A DNA stretch of 64,000 nucleotides from Prorocentrum cordatum (lineage: Eukaryota): assembly GCA_963575745.1 (NCBI GenBank), contig CAUYUJ010000205.1, forward strand, positions 1-64,000, in the 5' to 3' direction. A program made the position numbers and the translations under genes. Below the pieces are notes generated by a model. That model worked only from the letters and a program-made list of their open reading frames with translations. It searched no databases and was not told the origin of the DNA. Shown here one piece after another: positions 39,747 through 53,611 of the stretch; positions within the stretch are counted from its first letter, which is position 1; each line of letters begins with the position of its first letter.

Positions 39747-40891
39747 ATGCGTGGGCTGGCGTGCGGTGAGCGTGTGGCAGGGGCGTGGCAAGCGTGCTGC
39801 ACGCGCGTTGTAAGTTGCGCCTTGAGGGTTTCGGCGGGGGCGGGGGCCTGTCTGTTGAGTCGGAGGCGAAGTTACGATGCGGACCTGTACAATGAAAGTG
39901 AGGGTGATGAAGTTGCTGGTCCGTGCGGTTCTGAGCCCGAACCCGACACCGCATTCCTCTCTGATCACGGCCTTTTTGAACGCCTCGCCCAGCACCCGTT
40001 GCAGTTCATGGGTGGGCCCGACAAAACGAAAGTCATGGCATTGGTTTAGCGGGCGGGCAGTGATCGAACGGCTATTCATTCGCTCTCCTGTCCGCTTCAC
40101 CCCCTCCCCCTGCCCCGTTCACGGACAAGCCATGCCCGAGTTCTGCGTTTCGCCCCGCTGGCCCTGGGTTCCCACTTCGAGGCGTCGTGTGTGTAAGCAT
40201 TGTGCTTGCGATCGTGAAGGAGGCGCTGCAGGTCAGAGGAGAGCGTGATGAAAGGCCCTCTAGAACCATTGCTTGGGGGCCTGCCCTTACCTCTCATCTC
40301 TCCCGCAAGGGGCGCGTCGATGGAGCAGATGCCGTCGCTGACGCGCTCCACCAAGCTTCGATGCAGCCACCGTGCGATAGCCTTTCGTACGGTGAGGTTT
40401 CTTTAATTCGGGTCGGCGACCGAACTCTGTACATTCAGTGGACGAATGTTGAGGGGTCCGTGGGGCGACAGGTGTCGTTGTGGCCGAATGGCCAAATGAA
40501 AGCAGTAGTGAATGCACGTGTGAAACCAGAGTCCGTTGATGGGTTTGTTTTCATTGTGAAGCGGGTACCGATCATCATGGCGAAGGCCAAGAGGTCGGAG
40601 GGCAGCCCTTTTATGCCCAAGTGGTGTCAGACTTTGGTGCTGCGTGAGAATGCTCGCATGTGGAATGGCCCCATAGCCCCCTTTCCGAACGATGCCTGTG
40701 TCATGTGCAAGGCTTGCCGCTCTGTCCCCGCGTGCCTCCCGCCCGATAAGATGTTGCCAGAAGGCGACGAGCTGTTCCGATGCGGGGTTTGCTTGCAACC
40801 GTGGCATTTGCTTTGCGTGCTAGTGTGCAGCGCGACTCGGGTCCCAAAGCAAGGCGAGTGGTTTTCTTGTTCGTTGTGCGCTGGCAGGTAA
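39747..40891 (+). pseudogene. Disrupted coding region ending in a PHD-finger-like domain (ORF 40187..40891)
   Basis: CVMC...FRCGVCLQPWHLLC...PKQGEWFSCSLC fits C4-H-C3 with the conserved W. Upstream coding-like segment 39747..40049 is separated by a stop/frameshift. Confidence 0.65.
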
Positions 40892-41661
40892 CCCTATGCT
40901 TAGCGATGCTGTATGTGCGCCACTGTGCACAGCAAAGACGTTTCAGACTCGCATGCGCCATCCTCTGGCGACACTGTAAACTGTTGGCATTGAACCTTGA
41001 GCCTTGGACCGCCAGCTATGCGCATGATAATGATGATGGTGACCGCATAACATTGACAGGATGTGGCGGTGCATAGTGGTAGGGCCGGCGTGCACCGTGT
41101 ACCGATGCATGCGGCTCCTCGTACATGCGTATGTGACTGCAGGTGAGCCTGTGATGGCACATTCCTGCACGAATGCACGCGTGCACTGCTGGTTTAGTTT
41201 CGGGAATGGCGCCTGCACGCACGCTAAACGCATCGAAATGCACGAGCGAACGCACGCAAAGCACGACATCAACGACCAACGAAAACCGCAGGGAGTCTTC
41301 ATCGCATGCAAACGCAGCGGCACAGCATGTACATTGAGGATCATGCGCAAAGTATGGATGAGTGTTTTCATGATATGCAGTTGTGTGTTAACTGTTTCCC
41401 TGCGCTCCTGCGCGTGGTTCGACGGATTACCTCGTGTCATATACAATCGTTCAAGCTTCGTCGGGTCGCTTCGTGTTTGTATGTTTTTGTTTGTTGGCTT
41501 AAAGAAATGTTTGGTGTTTTGGTTTGTTTCGTTTGACAAAAAAAACATGTCGCCCTTCGTGTGTTCCAGTTTGGCGCTGGTGTTGTAGTTGTGGTTTCTG
41601 CTTTCTGACGGTGTTTTCCAATTGCGGCAGGGTTTGTTGCAGCGCTGGAGGTCACAGCGTA

Positions 41662-42530
41662 GCTGAGGCAATTCAGCTGGTGGATTGTCGGCCAGACCAG
41701 ATGATCAAGGCAATTGCGCTAGTGACAGTCGGCAAGACAGCAGACTAGAGCATATGCGCTGGTGAGCAGCCCAAGCTGGCGGCCCACCAGCGCAAATGCT
41801 CTAGTCGGGTGGCTGACCGACGGCGACTAGCGCAAATGTCTTGGCCAGCGGCGCTGACGGACGGCTCACCAGCGCAAATGCCTTAGTCTGGTGGCAGGTT
41901 GGCAGCGCCTAGCGCAAATGCCTTAGTCGGCTGGTCGGTGGGAACGGTTCCAGCGCAAATGCGTTAGTAGATGCAACGCCAGCGCGGCAATTGCGCTGGC
42001 AGGCCGCCGCCAACCAAAGCGCTGACCTCAGCATTTGCGCTAGTCGCGGCAGAGCAGCCGCCAGACTGAAGCATTTGCGCTGGCGGCCTCGCGCTGACGG
42101 GCGCACTGCCAACGCAATTGCGCTGGTCACCTGTCAGGCTGGGCGACCGCGAGTGACGCGAATGCGCTGGGCAGCGCATCAGCGCCCGACTCACTAGAGC
42201 AATTGCGTCAGCTTCTGGCGGCGGCCAACGCAATTGCCCTGGTAGCCCTCACATGGCCAGCTGACCAAGGCATTTGCGCTAGACGCGGTCGCCCAGAAGC
42301 CCCACTAGAGCAATTGAGCTAGTGGGGTGTCGGCAGGGGCGCAGCTGACCAGGGCATTTGCGCCGGTCGCGGTTGACCAACGAGCTGGCTGGAGCAATTG
42401 CGTTGGTGGGCTGCTCAAGTGGGCTGCCTACTAGCGCAAATGCACTAGTATCGCGGCTGGCCAGCAGCGTCTAGCGCAATTGCGTTGGGCAGCTGGTCAG
42501 CAACAGGGCCACCAGCGGAAATGTGATGGT
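41662..42530. repeat. Array of 22 degenerate 20-bp palindromes (consensus ACYAGCGCAAWTGCGCTRGT) with unique spacers
   Basis: Starts at 41662, 41704, 41744, 41786, 41826, 41868, 41908, 41949, 41981, 42025, 42065, 42108, 42152, 42193, 42224, 42264, 42304, 42348, 42388, 42430, 42470, 42511. Confidence 0.9.
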
Positions 42531-42688
42531 GGATTTCAGCAGAATAATGATTACAGCCCGCTGTGTTATTGTAGCGGCGCATGTCGCATGCAGTTACGTG
42601 CGTGCGTGGAACAGTGGCAGTCATAAGCGATCAAACGAAAACAAAAAACATACACAACAAAAACACAAGCTATAACAACAAACAGAAT

Positions 42689-42692
<4 letters not shown>

Positions 42693-42725
<33 letters not shown>
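42693..42725. repeat. (AT)n microsatellite
   Basis: Direct reading. Confidence 0.95.
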
Positions 42726-42730
<5 letters not shown>

Positions 42731-45419
42731 CACACCAAAACGAAATGCGCACCTGCACGATGAGACTCATCACGTGTACCTACAATCCGTGCAGAAATGG
42801 CCCACGTGCCACGCCGTCGGTCTCGACCATCCCACCCCAAACTGCCCCCAACCCCAACGTGCTTGACGTGCCTGGGTCGTGTGTCAACGGCCCCTGGGAC
42901 TGGGACGTTCGAGTGCATCTAGTCGGGGGCCGCTACCCGGCTCCAGAGATGCAGCCCTCTCTCGTTCCTTCACTCCCTCCGTTTCTCCATCTCCATCTCC
43001 CTCTATTGGTGTTTTTTTTGTTCTCCCTCTCTCTCTCTCTTCCCCCTCCTCCCTCCGACGCCCTCCTGGTTGCCTTCGCTGTCTTTGGGCAGAAGTCGAA
43101 GCCCCTCGCTAATGTTTTGGGGTAGCCTCCTGGGTTCCCGCGCGAGGGCTCGTTCTGGAGCAGGGTTCGCTCGGTTCACAGTCTCTCTGTTTGGGCCGAT
43201 CTGCGTGGCAATAGGGTCAACCGCCACCCTCCCCCTCCCCCCCAAATCCCACTGTGACATGTGACGCCGTCTTTGGGCGGTCGTGGACCGAGGCTGGCAC
43301 CGATCCGGCCTACCCATCCAGCGGTGAAGCCGCTTTGGCCCGAGAGTCCTCCGCCGGGTGAGAGAGGTCTCGGGCCCGCGGCTCGCTGCCAGCCAGACGC
43401 GCGCCACACCGCGGCTGCGGCCGCTGCAGCGCTGCCGCTGCGATGCCGCTCGTCTCGGCCCAGGCGCAGCAGGTTGCCAGGGTAGAGTGCAACCTCTCGC
43501 GTCAGGACGTGGAGGCCCTCGTTCGAAAGGCCAGAGCAAGGTGCACCGACGAGTGGGACAACAGCGGGAAGTACACCCACGTCAGGGACAGGTGGGGCAG
43601 CGACATGACGATGTTTGAGCTGCGGGTCATCGCGGAGAGGTTGTACTGCGACGACGATGATGCGACGATCACGCTGGTGGGCCCTGACGGCTGGACGTGC
43701 AAGAGGCATTGGTCGGGTCAGTGCGGCGTCGGCCCAACAGCGCTGGGAGTGGGACTTGGTGGGCGCCTGCTTTTAGAAAGTGGGCGCTCGTCGAGTCGCG
43801 CCGCCAGCGCGTTGGGCGACGCCGCATTGCTCAATCACACAGGCATCGGTTTAACGCTCTTCGCGGCGACGCAGGCTCGGTGGCCAGCAGGCAAAAGTCG
43901 CTGGAGACAGTTGGGTTGCTGTTGGGGCTGCGGGTGTCGCCAGACTTCGTGGAGGAAGAGAAGGCGTCTACTCACTTCTTGACTGGGGGACGCTTCTGGC
44001 AGACGCTGGCAAGAAGGCGTGGGAGGCCGACGTGAAGAAGGAGAACAGGTGCATCCAGCTCATGGCCAGCACCGTGCTCAAGGGGTGCAGGAGGTACGCG
44101 AGGGCAACGTCCGACGACGTCCTGAACTTCCTCATCGAGTACAAGAACGTGGTGAACGGCCAGGTGACAGAGATCACCATCATCCAGATCTGGGAGTCCA
44201 CGCGCAACGTGGAGCTCCGATGCAAGCAGCGGGCCAAGCAGATGGGTTGGGGAGAAATGGCATGGGACAAGCTGTTGGACTTGAAGTACGAGACGGCCGT
44301 GTCGTATTATCCTGGGAGGTGGGCGAACCCGACGAGCTACAAGGTGTCCTCCAGCTTCTACCGTTTGTCGCAGCTTCGCATCATCGATGCCGATTGGAGG
44401 GGCGATCATTTGGAGAAGGCCGAGCAGATCAGCGTGTGGGAAGCCACGGTCAAGGTCGTGAACGGCGAGTGCGACTTGCAGCACCCCGCAGCTCGCAAGA
44501 CCGCGACGATCTTCCAGTCAGTCAACGCGTGCTTCGTGGTCCTCAAGGTATGGGGTGCGCCAACGGCCCATATGCAGGGTTCACGCCGAGTTAGCTTCGG
44601 GCCAGGGCCTGGTCGATCCTGGGCCCTGGCCCTGATCGGCTCGACTTGGCGTGGATCGCTGCGTGCTGGGTCGTTGGTGCCCTTCTAACAGGCAGACTAC
44701 CCTGAGCTCGTGGCCGATTGCGTCCGCATGGTGGTGCCGATTCCACAGGATGCCAAACCTGTTGGTCAGTGCAAGGGGCTCAGCCCAGGATTGCAGAACC
44801 CAGGGTTCAAGACGCAGATCCGCGAGCCCATGGTGAGGAGGTTCCTGCAGGACATGTCCAACAGCGAGGCATTCAAGCAGCTCGCGAACCCAGACTCCTA
44901 GCTGCACAAGGACTTGAAACTGAAGGAGGCCAAGGCGATGTTGAAGGCAGCCAGGGCGGCGGCCCGCGAGAAGGAGAAAGCTGACAAGAAGAAGAAGAAG
45001 TCTGAGGCGGCAAAGGCCGCAGCGAGTTTGGTGACTAAGTCGGGCCCACGCTGGAGGAGACAGAAGGGCGCAGCAAAAGAGAAGACTGCCTCACGTCCAG
45101 CGTCGAGCCTGAAGGCTGCCGCGGCGACGAAGTTCCGCAAGCAGCAGCAGCAGAAGCTCAAGGCGCAGCAGCCGCAGATCAATGACGTGGAGGTCACAGA
45201 GGTACAGAGCGGCATGGGGACGTGGAAGTTCGTGGGCTTCGCCAGGAGTTTGGCCGGCGAGATCGAGCGGATCAGCCCCGACTCGAAGGACTTGTGCCGC
45301 CAGGTGTGGGTCTTGGCGTTGTTCGGCGCGATCGCGGGCTCCGTCCCCTTGTGCGGCGCCAACGACAAGGTCGTGGACTGCGTGGATTTCACGGCGTTCG
45401 CCAAGAGGGCGAAGGCCAG

Positions 45420-45923
45420 TGCGCCTCCTCCTCCAGCTCCTCCTCCTCCTCCCCCCCCACCTCCACCTTCTCCTTCTCCTCCTTCTTACCCTTCCCCTCC
45501 TTGCCCCGCTGGCCCCCTCATGCTCCTTACCCTCGTCCTACGACAACTATTGTTATTGTTGCTCTGCTCACCGCTCACCCTCACTCCCGTTCTCCCTCCT
45601 CCTCCTCCCTCCTCCTCCTCCTTCTCTTCATTTTTCCCCTTCCCCATCCTCTCCGCCCATATGTCCAACTTCGTATCTCTCTCTCTCTCTCGCGCTCTGT
45701 CTCTCTATTCCTTTTGCTCAGCCTGTCTCCCACCCTCTCTCTCTATCTAACACTAGTTTTAGTTCTCTCATTATATCGTTGCCAATAGCTCATGGTTTCC
45801 TTTCTCTCGCTCTCTCTCCCTCCTCGTCGCTCTCTACCGTTCCCCTCTCCCTCCCCCCTCTATCTCTACCGTGCCCTTCTCCCTCCCTCCACATCCCTCC
45901 CCTCCATCCCCCTCCCTCTCCCT

Positions 45924-45958
<35 letters not shown>

Positions 45959-48320
45959 TCTTGGCCTTTTTATAAATATTCCCAGGCCATCTTCTCGACT
46001 CGACCCACCCCGCCGTTACCTTCCTCTCACCCTCCCTCACTCGCCCTCTCTATCTCTCTCGTCTCTGGCTGTTCTCGCCCTTTTGCAACCTCCATCCTCC
46101 GTCCACCGCCCGCAATCTTCCCCCTTCCTAACTTCCTTGTTTGCATCAATGCACGTCCCATCCCCTATCTGGAATTAGCTGGAACTCTAACTCCCCTCCC
46201 AATTCCCCCCCTCCTCGCCGCCCATGGCCCCTTCCCGACTTTGCCCTGCCGCCCCGCCCGCCGCAGGCGGTGGCATGCAAGGGGGCGCGCAAGCTGAAGG
46301 CCAGGCCGAGCGATTCGGACTGCTGCGACTTCGATATGCTGCCGCTGAAAAGCACGCCCGCCCATCCGAAGACGACGGCTGAGGACAGATTGGAGAGGGC
46401 CCCCCTGAGGGGAGGGACGGGAAGAAGGAGAAGGAGGAGGAGGAGAAGAAGGAGGAAGAGACAACGAGGACGGGGGCGGTTGGGGAAGAGGACGAGGAGG
46501 GGAAGGCAGAAGCGAAGGGGGGATGAGGGGGGGAACGAGGAGGAGGAGGAGGAAGAGGATGGGGGGGGGGAAAAAGGGGGAGGAGGACGCGGAGGAGGAG
46601 GATGAGGATGAGGATGAGGAGATGATGATGATGATGGTGATGAGGAGGGAGGAGGAGAAGGAGGAGGAGGAGGAGGAGGAGGAGGAGGAGGAGGAGGAGT
46701 CGAGGAGAAGGAGGAGGAGGCGGAGGAGGAAGAGGAGGAGGAGGGGGAGGAGGAGAGGAGGAGGAGGAGGAGGAGGAGGGGGGGGGGAGGACGAGGCTGG
46801 GAGAGGAGGAGGAGGAGGAGGATGAGGGGAGAAGGGGAGGAGGAGGAGGAGGAGGAGGAGGAGGAGGAGGAGGAGGAGGAGGAGGAGGAGGAGGAGGAGG
46901 AGGAGGAGGAGGGAGAGGAGGAAGAGGAGGAGGAGGAGGAGGAGGAGAAGGAGATTGATGAGGAGGACGGCGCCGACGCCGACGACGAAGATGAGGATGA
47001 TAATGCGGAGGAGAAGGAGGAGACAGAGGAGGAGGCTGACGAGTATGAGGAAGAGCAGGAGGATCAGGAGGAGGAGTAGGGGGAGGATGAGGAGGAGGAG
47101 GAGGAGGATGAGGCGAATGATGAGAATACTGAGAGGGAGGGCAATGAGGAGGAGGATGAGGAGGAGGAGGATGAGAAGAAGGAGGATGAGGAGGAGGAGG
47201 AGGTGTAGGAGCAAGATGGGACGGTGGAGGAGTTGGAGGACCAGGATGAGATGGAAAGGGAAGAGGAGGAGGATGAGGAGGATGCTCGCACCGAAGGGCT
47301 CACGGTGTAGCCATCGCCGCGCCTTCGAGCCGAGCGGCCGCGCGGGGCGCCCGCGGGGCCGCGCATGGACGAGGGCGAGGCGCTTGCGTTCGCGCTGCCC
47401 AAGCAGCTGCCAGCAGGGGCGGTGCCCAAGCATCCGCTCTTGTCGCCAACGCAGCCAGCGGGGCCGCCGCCCGCGCACCTGCTGCCCCAGCAACACCAGC
47501 AGCAGCATGGGCAGCAGCGCCAGCAGCAGCAGCACCAGCAGCAGCCGATTGTTGTACCACCGAAGTTTCACAAGCCGCTGCTGCGGCCGCGGCGCTCCGC
47601 CGCCCCGCCTGCCAACGAGTTCGCCGATGCGGCCGCCTGCGTCGACGCCGGCGCGGCCGGCGACGTCGGCGCCGCCGCCGCCGCCGAGGTCGCGGCCGAC
47701 AGCGCCGCCGCCGGCGCCGAGCCAGCGGCGGGGGCCGCGGCTGCCGCGGCTGCAGGGGCAGCGGGCGCCGAGGAGACAGGCGCTGACGCTGCTGACGCTG
47801 ACGGCGCTGATGACGCCGCTGACATCAGTGAGGAGGAGCGGGTCGCGGCCGCTGCCCTTGCCGCGGCCCACGCCGCCTTGCAACGGACAGATGAGCTCCT
47901 CACTGGTGCCATCGCGAACTACCGCACGCTGTGCGAGACAGAGGTCAGCACGCGAGACCTTCTCGAGCAGGCGGAGGCAGCCTACGACGCGGCCCACGAA
48001 GCGTACATGCAAGCATTCGAGGGCTGCAGGCTCGGGAGGGCCGACGGCGAGTCGGCAGTTGCGCGGCGCGAAGAGACGTTCCGCGCGCACCGCGCAGCGC
48101 GGGGTGCTTTGGCGGCGGCCCTCGACGAAGGACCACCCCAGGGCCAGAAAACGGCCAAGGGAGAGGATGAAGGAGGAAGGGGGAGAGGATTGGGGGACGG
48201 GTGAGGAGGCGAACCAGTGAAGAGGAGGAGGAGGAGGAGAAGGAGGAGGAGGAAGAGGAGGCATGCTTATGCGAAGCCGTCGTCGTGGTCGTAGTCGTCG
48301 TCGTCGTCGTCGGCCTCGTT

Positions 48321-48352
<32 letters not shown>

Positions 48353-51300
48353 TGTCTTCGTCGTTGCGTCGTCGCCAATGCCACCGCCGCCGCCTCTCCT
48401 CCTCCGTCTCCTCATCCTTTTCCTCGTCCTCCTGGACCTCCTCCTCCGCCTGGTCCTCCTCCTCCGCCACCTCTCCTATCACCCTCCCCCTCCTGCTCTT
48501 CTACGTCCACCTTCTCATCCTGCTTGTCCTCCCTCCCTCCCCCTCTTCATCCTCATCGTCCCTCCACCTCTTCCTCCTCCTCCTTCTCCTCCTCCCTATC
48601 ATGCGCATCCTCGCCCTCGTCAGTGCTTCGCTTCGGGCCTGCATCGCGATCACCATCGTCCACATCTGCATGCACAACGAGAATTTCGTCACCAACATCA
48701 CGCCCCTCCGCTTCACCCAGAGACACAGCATTACCAGACCCACTACCACTATCATCTCCATCACCACCATCAGCATCACCATCACCAGCATAATCAGCAT
48801 TATCATCATGGCCTTCACCATCATCCACAACGACAACATCAGCATCAACATTATCAACATTAACAATTTCAGCATCATCATCATCAATGTCAGCATCAGC
48901 ATCATCCACGTGCTCATCATCATCAACATCATTGTCAGCATCAGCAACATAATCCTCAACCTCCTCATCATCCGCATCACCATCATCATCCCCGTCCTCA
49001 TCAGCATCACCATCTCCATCCGCATCACCATCGTCCCCCTCGACATCATCAGCATCATCGTCACCAACATCACTATCGTCCTTACCGTCCTCACTCATTC
49101 TTCTCATGTTACCCATCTCCAGCTCCATAATCGCCTTCGCCCACGTCCTTGCACCAATCACGCGAATCGTCATCGGCGCCATTGCCGCCAGCATCACCAT
49201 AGCATCCTGCAACACGCCCTCAACCTCAGTCTCATCAACATCCCCATTGCCATTCTCATCCCCATCTTCATCCTCGCCCTGACCCCCATTAACCATATCA
49301 CCATCACCATCCTCGTCCGTACCCTCATTATCATCCTCATCTCATCCCCACCCCCAACACCATCCGCATCCTCATCCTCAACAACATCCTATGCTTATCC
49401 CCCTTCCCATCGACGTCCCGCATTCTCGACGCTTTCGCATCCCCGTCATCATCTTCATCATCATCGCCATCCCCCTTCTCGCCATGCTCTTGCTCCTCCT
49501 CCTCCTCCGTCTCGCCCTCCTCCTCCTACTCCTCGGCCTCCCTCTTCTCCTCCTCCTCTTCCTCCTCAGCCTTCCTCTCCTCCTCCCTCGCCTCCTCCGC
49601 CTCCTCCTCCTTATCATCCTCATTCGTATCCCCACCATTGGTGAGGATACTAATGATGAGAGTGGCGTTGATGATGATGATGATGGTGGTGGGGGGTGGC
49701 GATGGCGGTGACGGCGACGATGGCGATGTAGATGATGCTGATGGTGAAGGAGGAGGAGGAGGATGAGGGGAGGAGGAAGAGGAGGAGGAGGACGGATGGA
49801 AGGGGGGGGGGGGGCTCGGGGAGAGAGGAGGAGGAGAAGGGGGAGAAGGAGGGGGGGGGGATGAGGGGGGGGAGGGGGAGGGGGGGGCGGGGGGGGGGGA
49901 GGGGGGGGGGGCAGGGAGAAGAGGATGATGCAGATGAGGAGGCGGGCAGCCGGTGACGGTGATGGTGATGGTGATGACGAGGATGCTGAGGGCGATGGCA
50001 CTGGCGATGGCGATGCGGGGGAAGAGGAGGAGGGGGGAGGAGGAGGATGCGGCGGGGGGGGGGGGGGGGGGGGGTCGAGGAGGAGATGGGGAAGGATGAC
50101 AAGGGAGAGGAGGAGAGGAGGTGGAGGGGGAGGAGGAGGAGGAGGAGGAGGAGGAGGAGGAGGAGGAGGAGGGAGGCGGAGGAGGAGGGGGAGGGGGAAG
50201 AAGAGGGGGATGGGAAGAGGATGCGGAGAAGGAGGCGGGAAGCGGAGAGGCTTGAGGGGGGCGAGGAGGAGGGGGGTGAGGAGGAGGACGAGGATGAGGA
50301 TGAGGATACGGATCATGATGAGGAGGGGGAGGGGGGGGAGGAGGAGGAGGAGGAGGTGGAGGAGGAGGAAGAGGAGGAGGAGGAGGAGGAAGGGGGGGAG
50401 GTGGCGACGGAGGAACAGGAGGAGGAGGATGAGGAGGGGGAGGAGAAGGAGGAGGAGGAGGAGGAAGGGGAGGAGGGGGGGGATTGGGAGAAGTAGGCGG
50501 AGGAGAAAGAGGAGGAGGCGGAGGAGGAGGAATGCCGCCTAGAGGACGTTGAGGCGCTCGTCGAGACGGAGCTCAGCGACGCGCAGTCGCTGCTCACGTT
50601 CGTCGGGCAGAACCGCTTGGGCATGGACATCGAGCGGGGCCAGGAGCTGATGCAGGTGGTGACGGGCGCGATGATGACGCTCCTGAGCAAGGTGACGGTG
50701 CTCGGCGGCCACGTGGAGTCGCAGGAGGTTGCGTGGAAGCTGCTCTCCACGGCGGTCTTCGACAAGATCGGGGAGACGGTGCCGCCAGCGTGGGGCAAGG
50801 TGCTGAAGTCGTGCCAGAAGATCAAGAGCGAGGGCGTTGGCGAGTACGTCAACGGTGGCAGCCCGCACAAGGCGCTGATCGAGGGGGGCTTCACGGTGCA
50901 GCAGATGACGGCGTACAAGGCGGGCTTGCTCTTGAGCGTCGCGTCGCAGCTGGGCAACATGGAGGTGAACATTGTGCCTCGAGGCACGGTGCCGTACGTG
51001 CCGCACGTGATCAAGCTCCACATCGACGAGCTGAAGGAGAAGCACTCGCTGCAACACGTGCTGCACGACGAGTCGCAGGTTGCGCAGATGCCGTTCGTGA
51101 AGTTGCGATCGGCATTCGAGATCAAGCAAGGCGAGGCGGTGGCGTTCAACGCGATCGCGGAAGCTTGGGCGAAGCACGAGAACGGCCTGCACGCCCGCGC
51201 CGTGAGCCTCGGCATGGGCAACTACCTCAGCGACGTGATCACAGCCACGGACGAGCTGACGACGTGCACGAGGATCGGCCAGTGGCAGACGAAGGTGACG

Positions 51301-51879
51301 ACGTCGCTCCGCCACCATCCACCATCTCCGTCCTCCTCCTCCTCCTCTTCCTGGCCTCCTCCTCCTGCTGCTGCTGCTCCTACTCCGCCTCCTCCTCCTC
51401 GTCCTCCGCCTCATCCTCCTTCTCCTCTTCCTCCTTCACCTCCTCCCTACTCCCTCCCCCGCCCCCTTCCCCTCCCTCCCCTGTTTCAATCCACTCACCC
51501 ACCCATCCATCACTCGTCCGTTCGCTCCCTCCCTCATCCTTCCTCCTCCTCCTCGGCCTCCTTCTCAACGATCTCGCACCCCTCCTCGCGCCCTTCCTCA
51601 TCCACGCCTCCTCCCTCTCCTCCTTCGTGCCCCGTACTCTTGCTCGCTGTTCCTCCTTCTCGTCCTTCCCATTCCCATCTCCTCCATCGTCTCCTTCTTA
51701 TCCAGTCCCCATCGCCCCGTCATCCTTCTCGTCCCCCTCCTCCCTATTGTCCTTCCTCCTCCACCGCCGCTCTCCCCTCCTCCTCGTTCTCCTCCTCCTC
51801 CTCCTCCTCCTCCGCCTCCTCCTCCTCCTCTTCCTCCTCCCCCCCTCCCCCGCCCCCCCCTCCCCGCCCGTTCCCTAAG
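45420..51879. repeat. Intronic low-complexity (CCT)n, (GAG)n, (CAT)n and (GTC)n tracts
   Basis: Pyrimidine tracts 45420-46260, 48390-49630 and 51310-51875; purine tracts 46400-47280 and 49740-50530. Confidence 0.9.
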
Positions 51880-53420
51880 GTGAAGGCGCTGCTCGGCGGC
51901 GATGCCGCGCTCCAGATCGACCAGGGCGTCGCGGTCACCCAGTCGAAGCGCACGGAGATGGTCGGCCGCATCCACGAGATCTACAGAGCCTCGCACCGCG
52001 AGCACGAGGAGGCGAAGCAGTGGTTCAACGGCGGTGGCTGCAGCGAGAAGGCGATGCAATTGCTCCTGGACGACGTCCAGGCGGAGCCCGTCGCAGTGGT
52101 GGACCAGCCGGCGGCGCATGCGCACGGCCCGGGCGGAGGCGGCGGAGAGACGGTGGCGATGAATGGCGCTGAGCAGCAGCAGCAGCAGGAGGCGGATAAG
52201 GTCAAGGCCCTCTTGAGAGTGCTCCAGCGGTCAAAGGCGGCGGACGAGATCGACAAGTTCGGACTGGGCCACTTCTCGAGGAAGGAGTTGACGTGCCGCG
52301 TGCAGATCGAGCTCGACACCATGGCGAGGTCTGCCTACCTCAGCGCGAGCGGCGACGACGAGCTGATGGGCGACCCCGACAAGCTCGAGCTCAAGGAGGT
52401 CAGCACCGCGGCCAAGAAGCAGAAGGTGACCCTGATGCGCACGGAACCGTTGTGCGACTCGAGCGTGGTGTTGGAGTTCTGGGGCAAGGCCATGGGAGAG
52501 GGGGGATGGGGGTCCACGCCACCACCGCCACCAACAGGGGTAATGTCTGCAATTGCGTACACGATGCGTCCCCGAGCGAGGGGGGCGACGCGGCCTAGAG
52601 CCTCGAGCTAGTCGTGGAAGCTGGGAAGTAGCGATGCCCCCGGATGGCGGTGGTGGCATCGCCACCCCTTCCCCCCTCCCCCCCGACGGGCCCCCCCGAG
52701 GTAGTCAGCACGTCGGTGGCAAATCTGATCAGACACTCGGACGTGCTGCCGCTGGTGTGCGAGAACGGCCCGAAGTTGTGGATCGACGGGTCGAACGTGC
52801 AGATCCCCAAGTGCGTGGACTACTGCGCAGCGTGGTCCATGAAGACGGCGACGCAGCAGCCAGCTGCGACGGAGATGGTGGCGCCGAAGAAAAAGGCCAA
52901 GAAGGACGAGAAGACCGTCACGCACGAGTTCGGCAGCGTGGAGCTCCCAGTGCAGGTGACCGCGGTGAGCGGCCCCAAGACGTTCAAGTACAAGGTGCCC
53001 GTGCTGAAGGGCGTGGGCTCGGAGCCAGCGCTGAGCCACGTCGGCGAGTGCTGCAAGCCCGAGTTCACGGACTGGGGCGACGAGGATAGCGACGCCGAGG
53101 ACGGCGGCAAGCAGGACATCGGATGGAAAGCCATTGATGCAGACCCGACGGTCTGTGCTGAGTCGGCCAACGTCCGAGGTTTTGCGCGTGCGAACTCAGG
53201 CGCAGCTTGAGGGCGCAGACGCAACTCCTCCGAGGCGGGCTGACTTGGCGCGGACTGTCGCATCTGTTGCAATGGCGCCTACTAGGACGGCAAGGGCAAG
53301 AAGAACAGCTCCTTCGTCCTCGGCAAGGCGGCGGAGGCGGTCGACCTCCGCGCGCGGCGCGCGCCGCGGCCGCGGGCCGCGACGTCGCCGACGTGGAGGA
53401 GGTGAAGAGAGGAGGAGGAG

Positions 53421-53520
53421 NNNNNNNNNNNNNNNNNNNNNNNNNNNNNNNNNNNNNNNNNNNNNNNNNNNNNNNNNNNNNNNNNNNNNNNNNNNNNNNN
53501 NNNNNNNNNNNNNNNNNNNN
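53421..53520. other. Assembly gap (100 N)
   Basis: Run of n. Confidence 1.
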
Positions 53521-53565
53521 GACGGTGGGGTGATGATGAGGATGATGATGGGGATGATGATGATG

Positions 53566-53611
<46 letters not shown>

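Noticed and set aside
41662..42530. CRISPR array
   Set aside because: Repeats are too degenerate and flip asymmetry, spacers are only 11-24 bp, no cas genes are present and the context is eukaryotic.
46165..50542. Long poly-L/R/E/S/I ORFs (also 62333..63235 and 62551..63057)
   Set aside because: They are translations of trinucleotide tracts.
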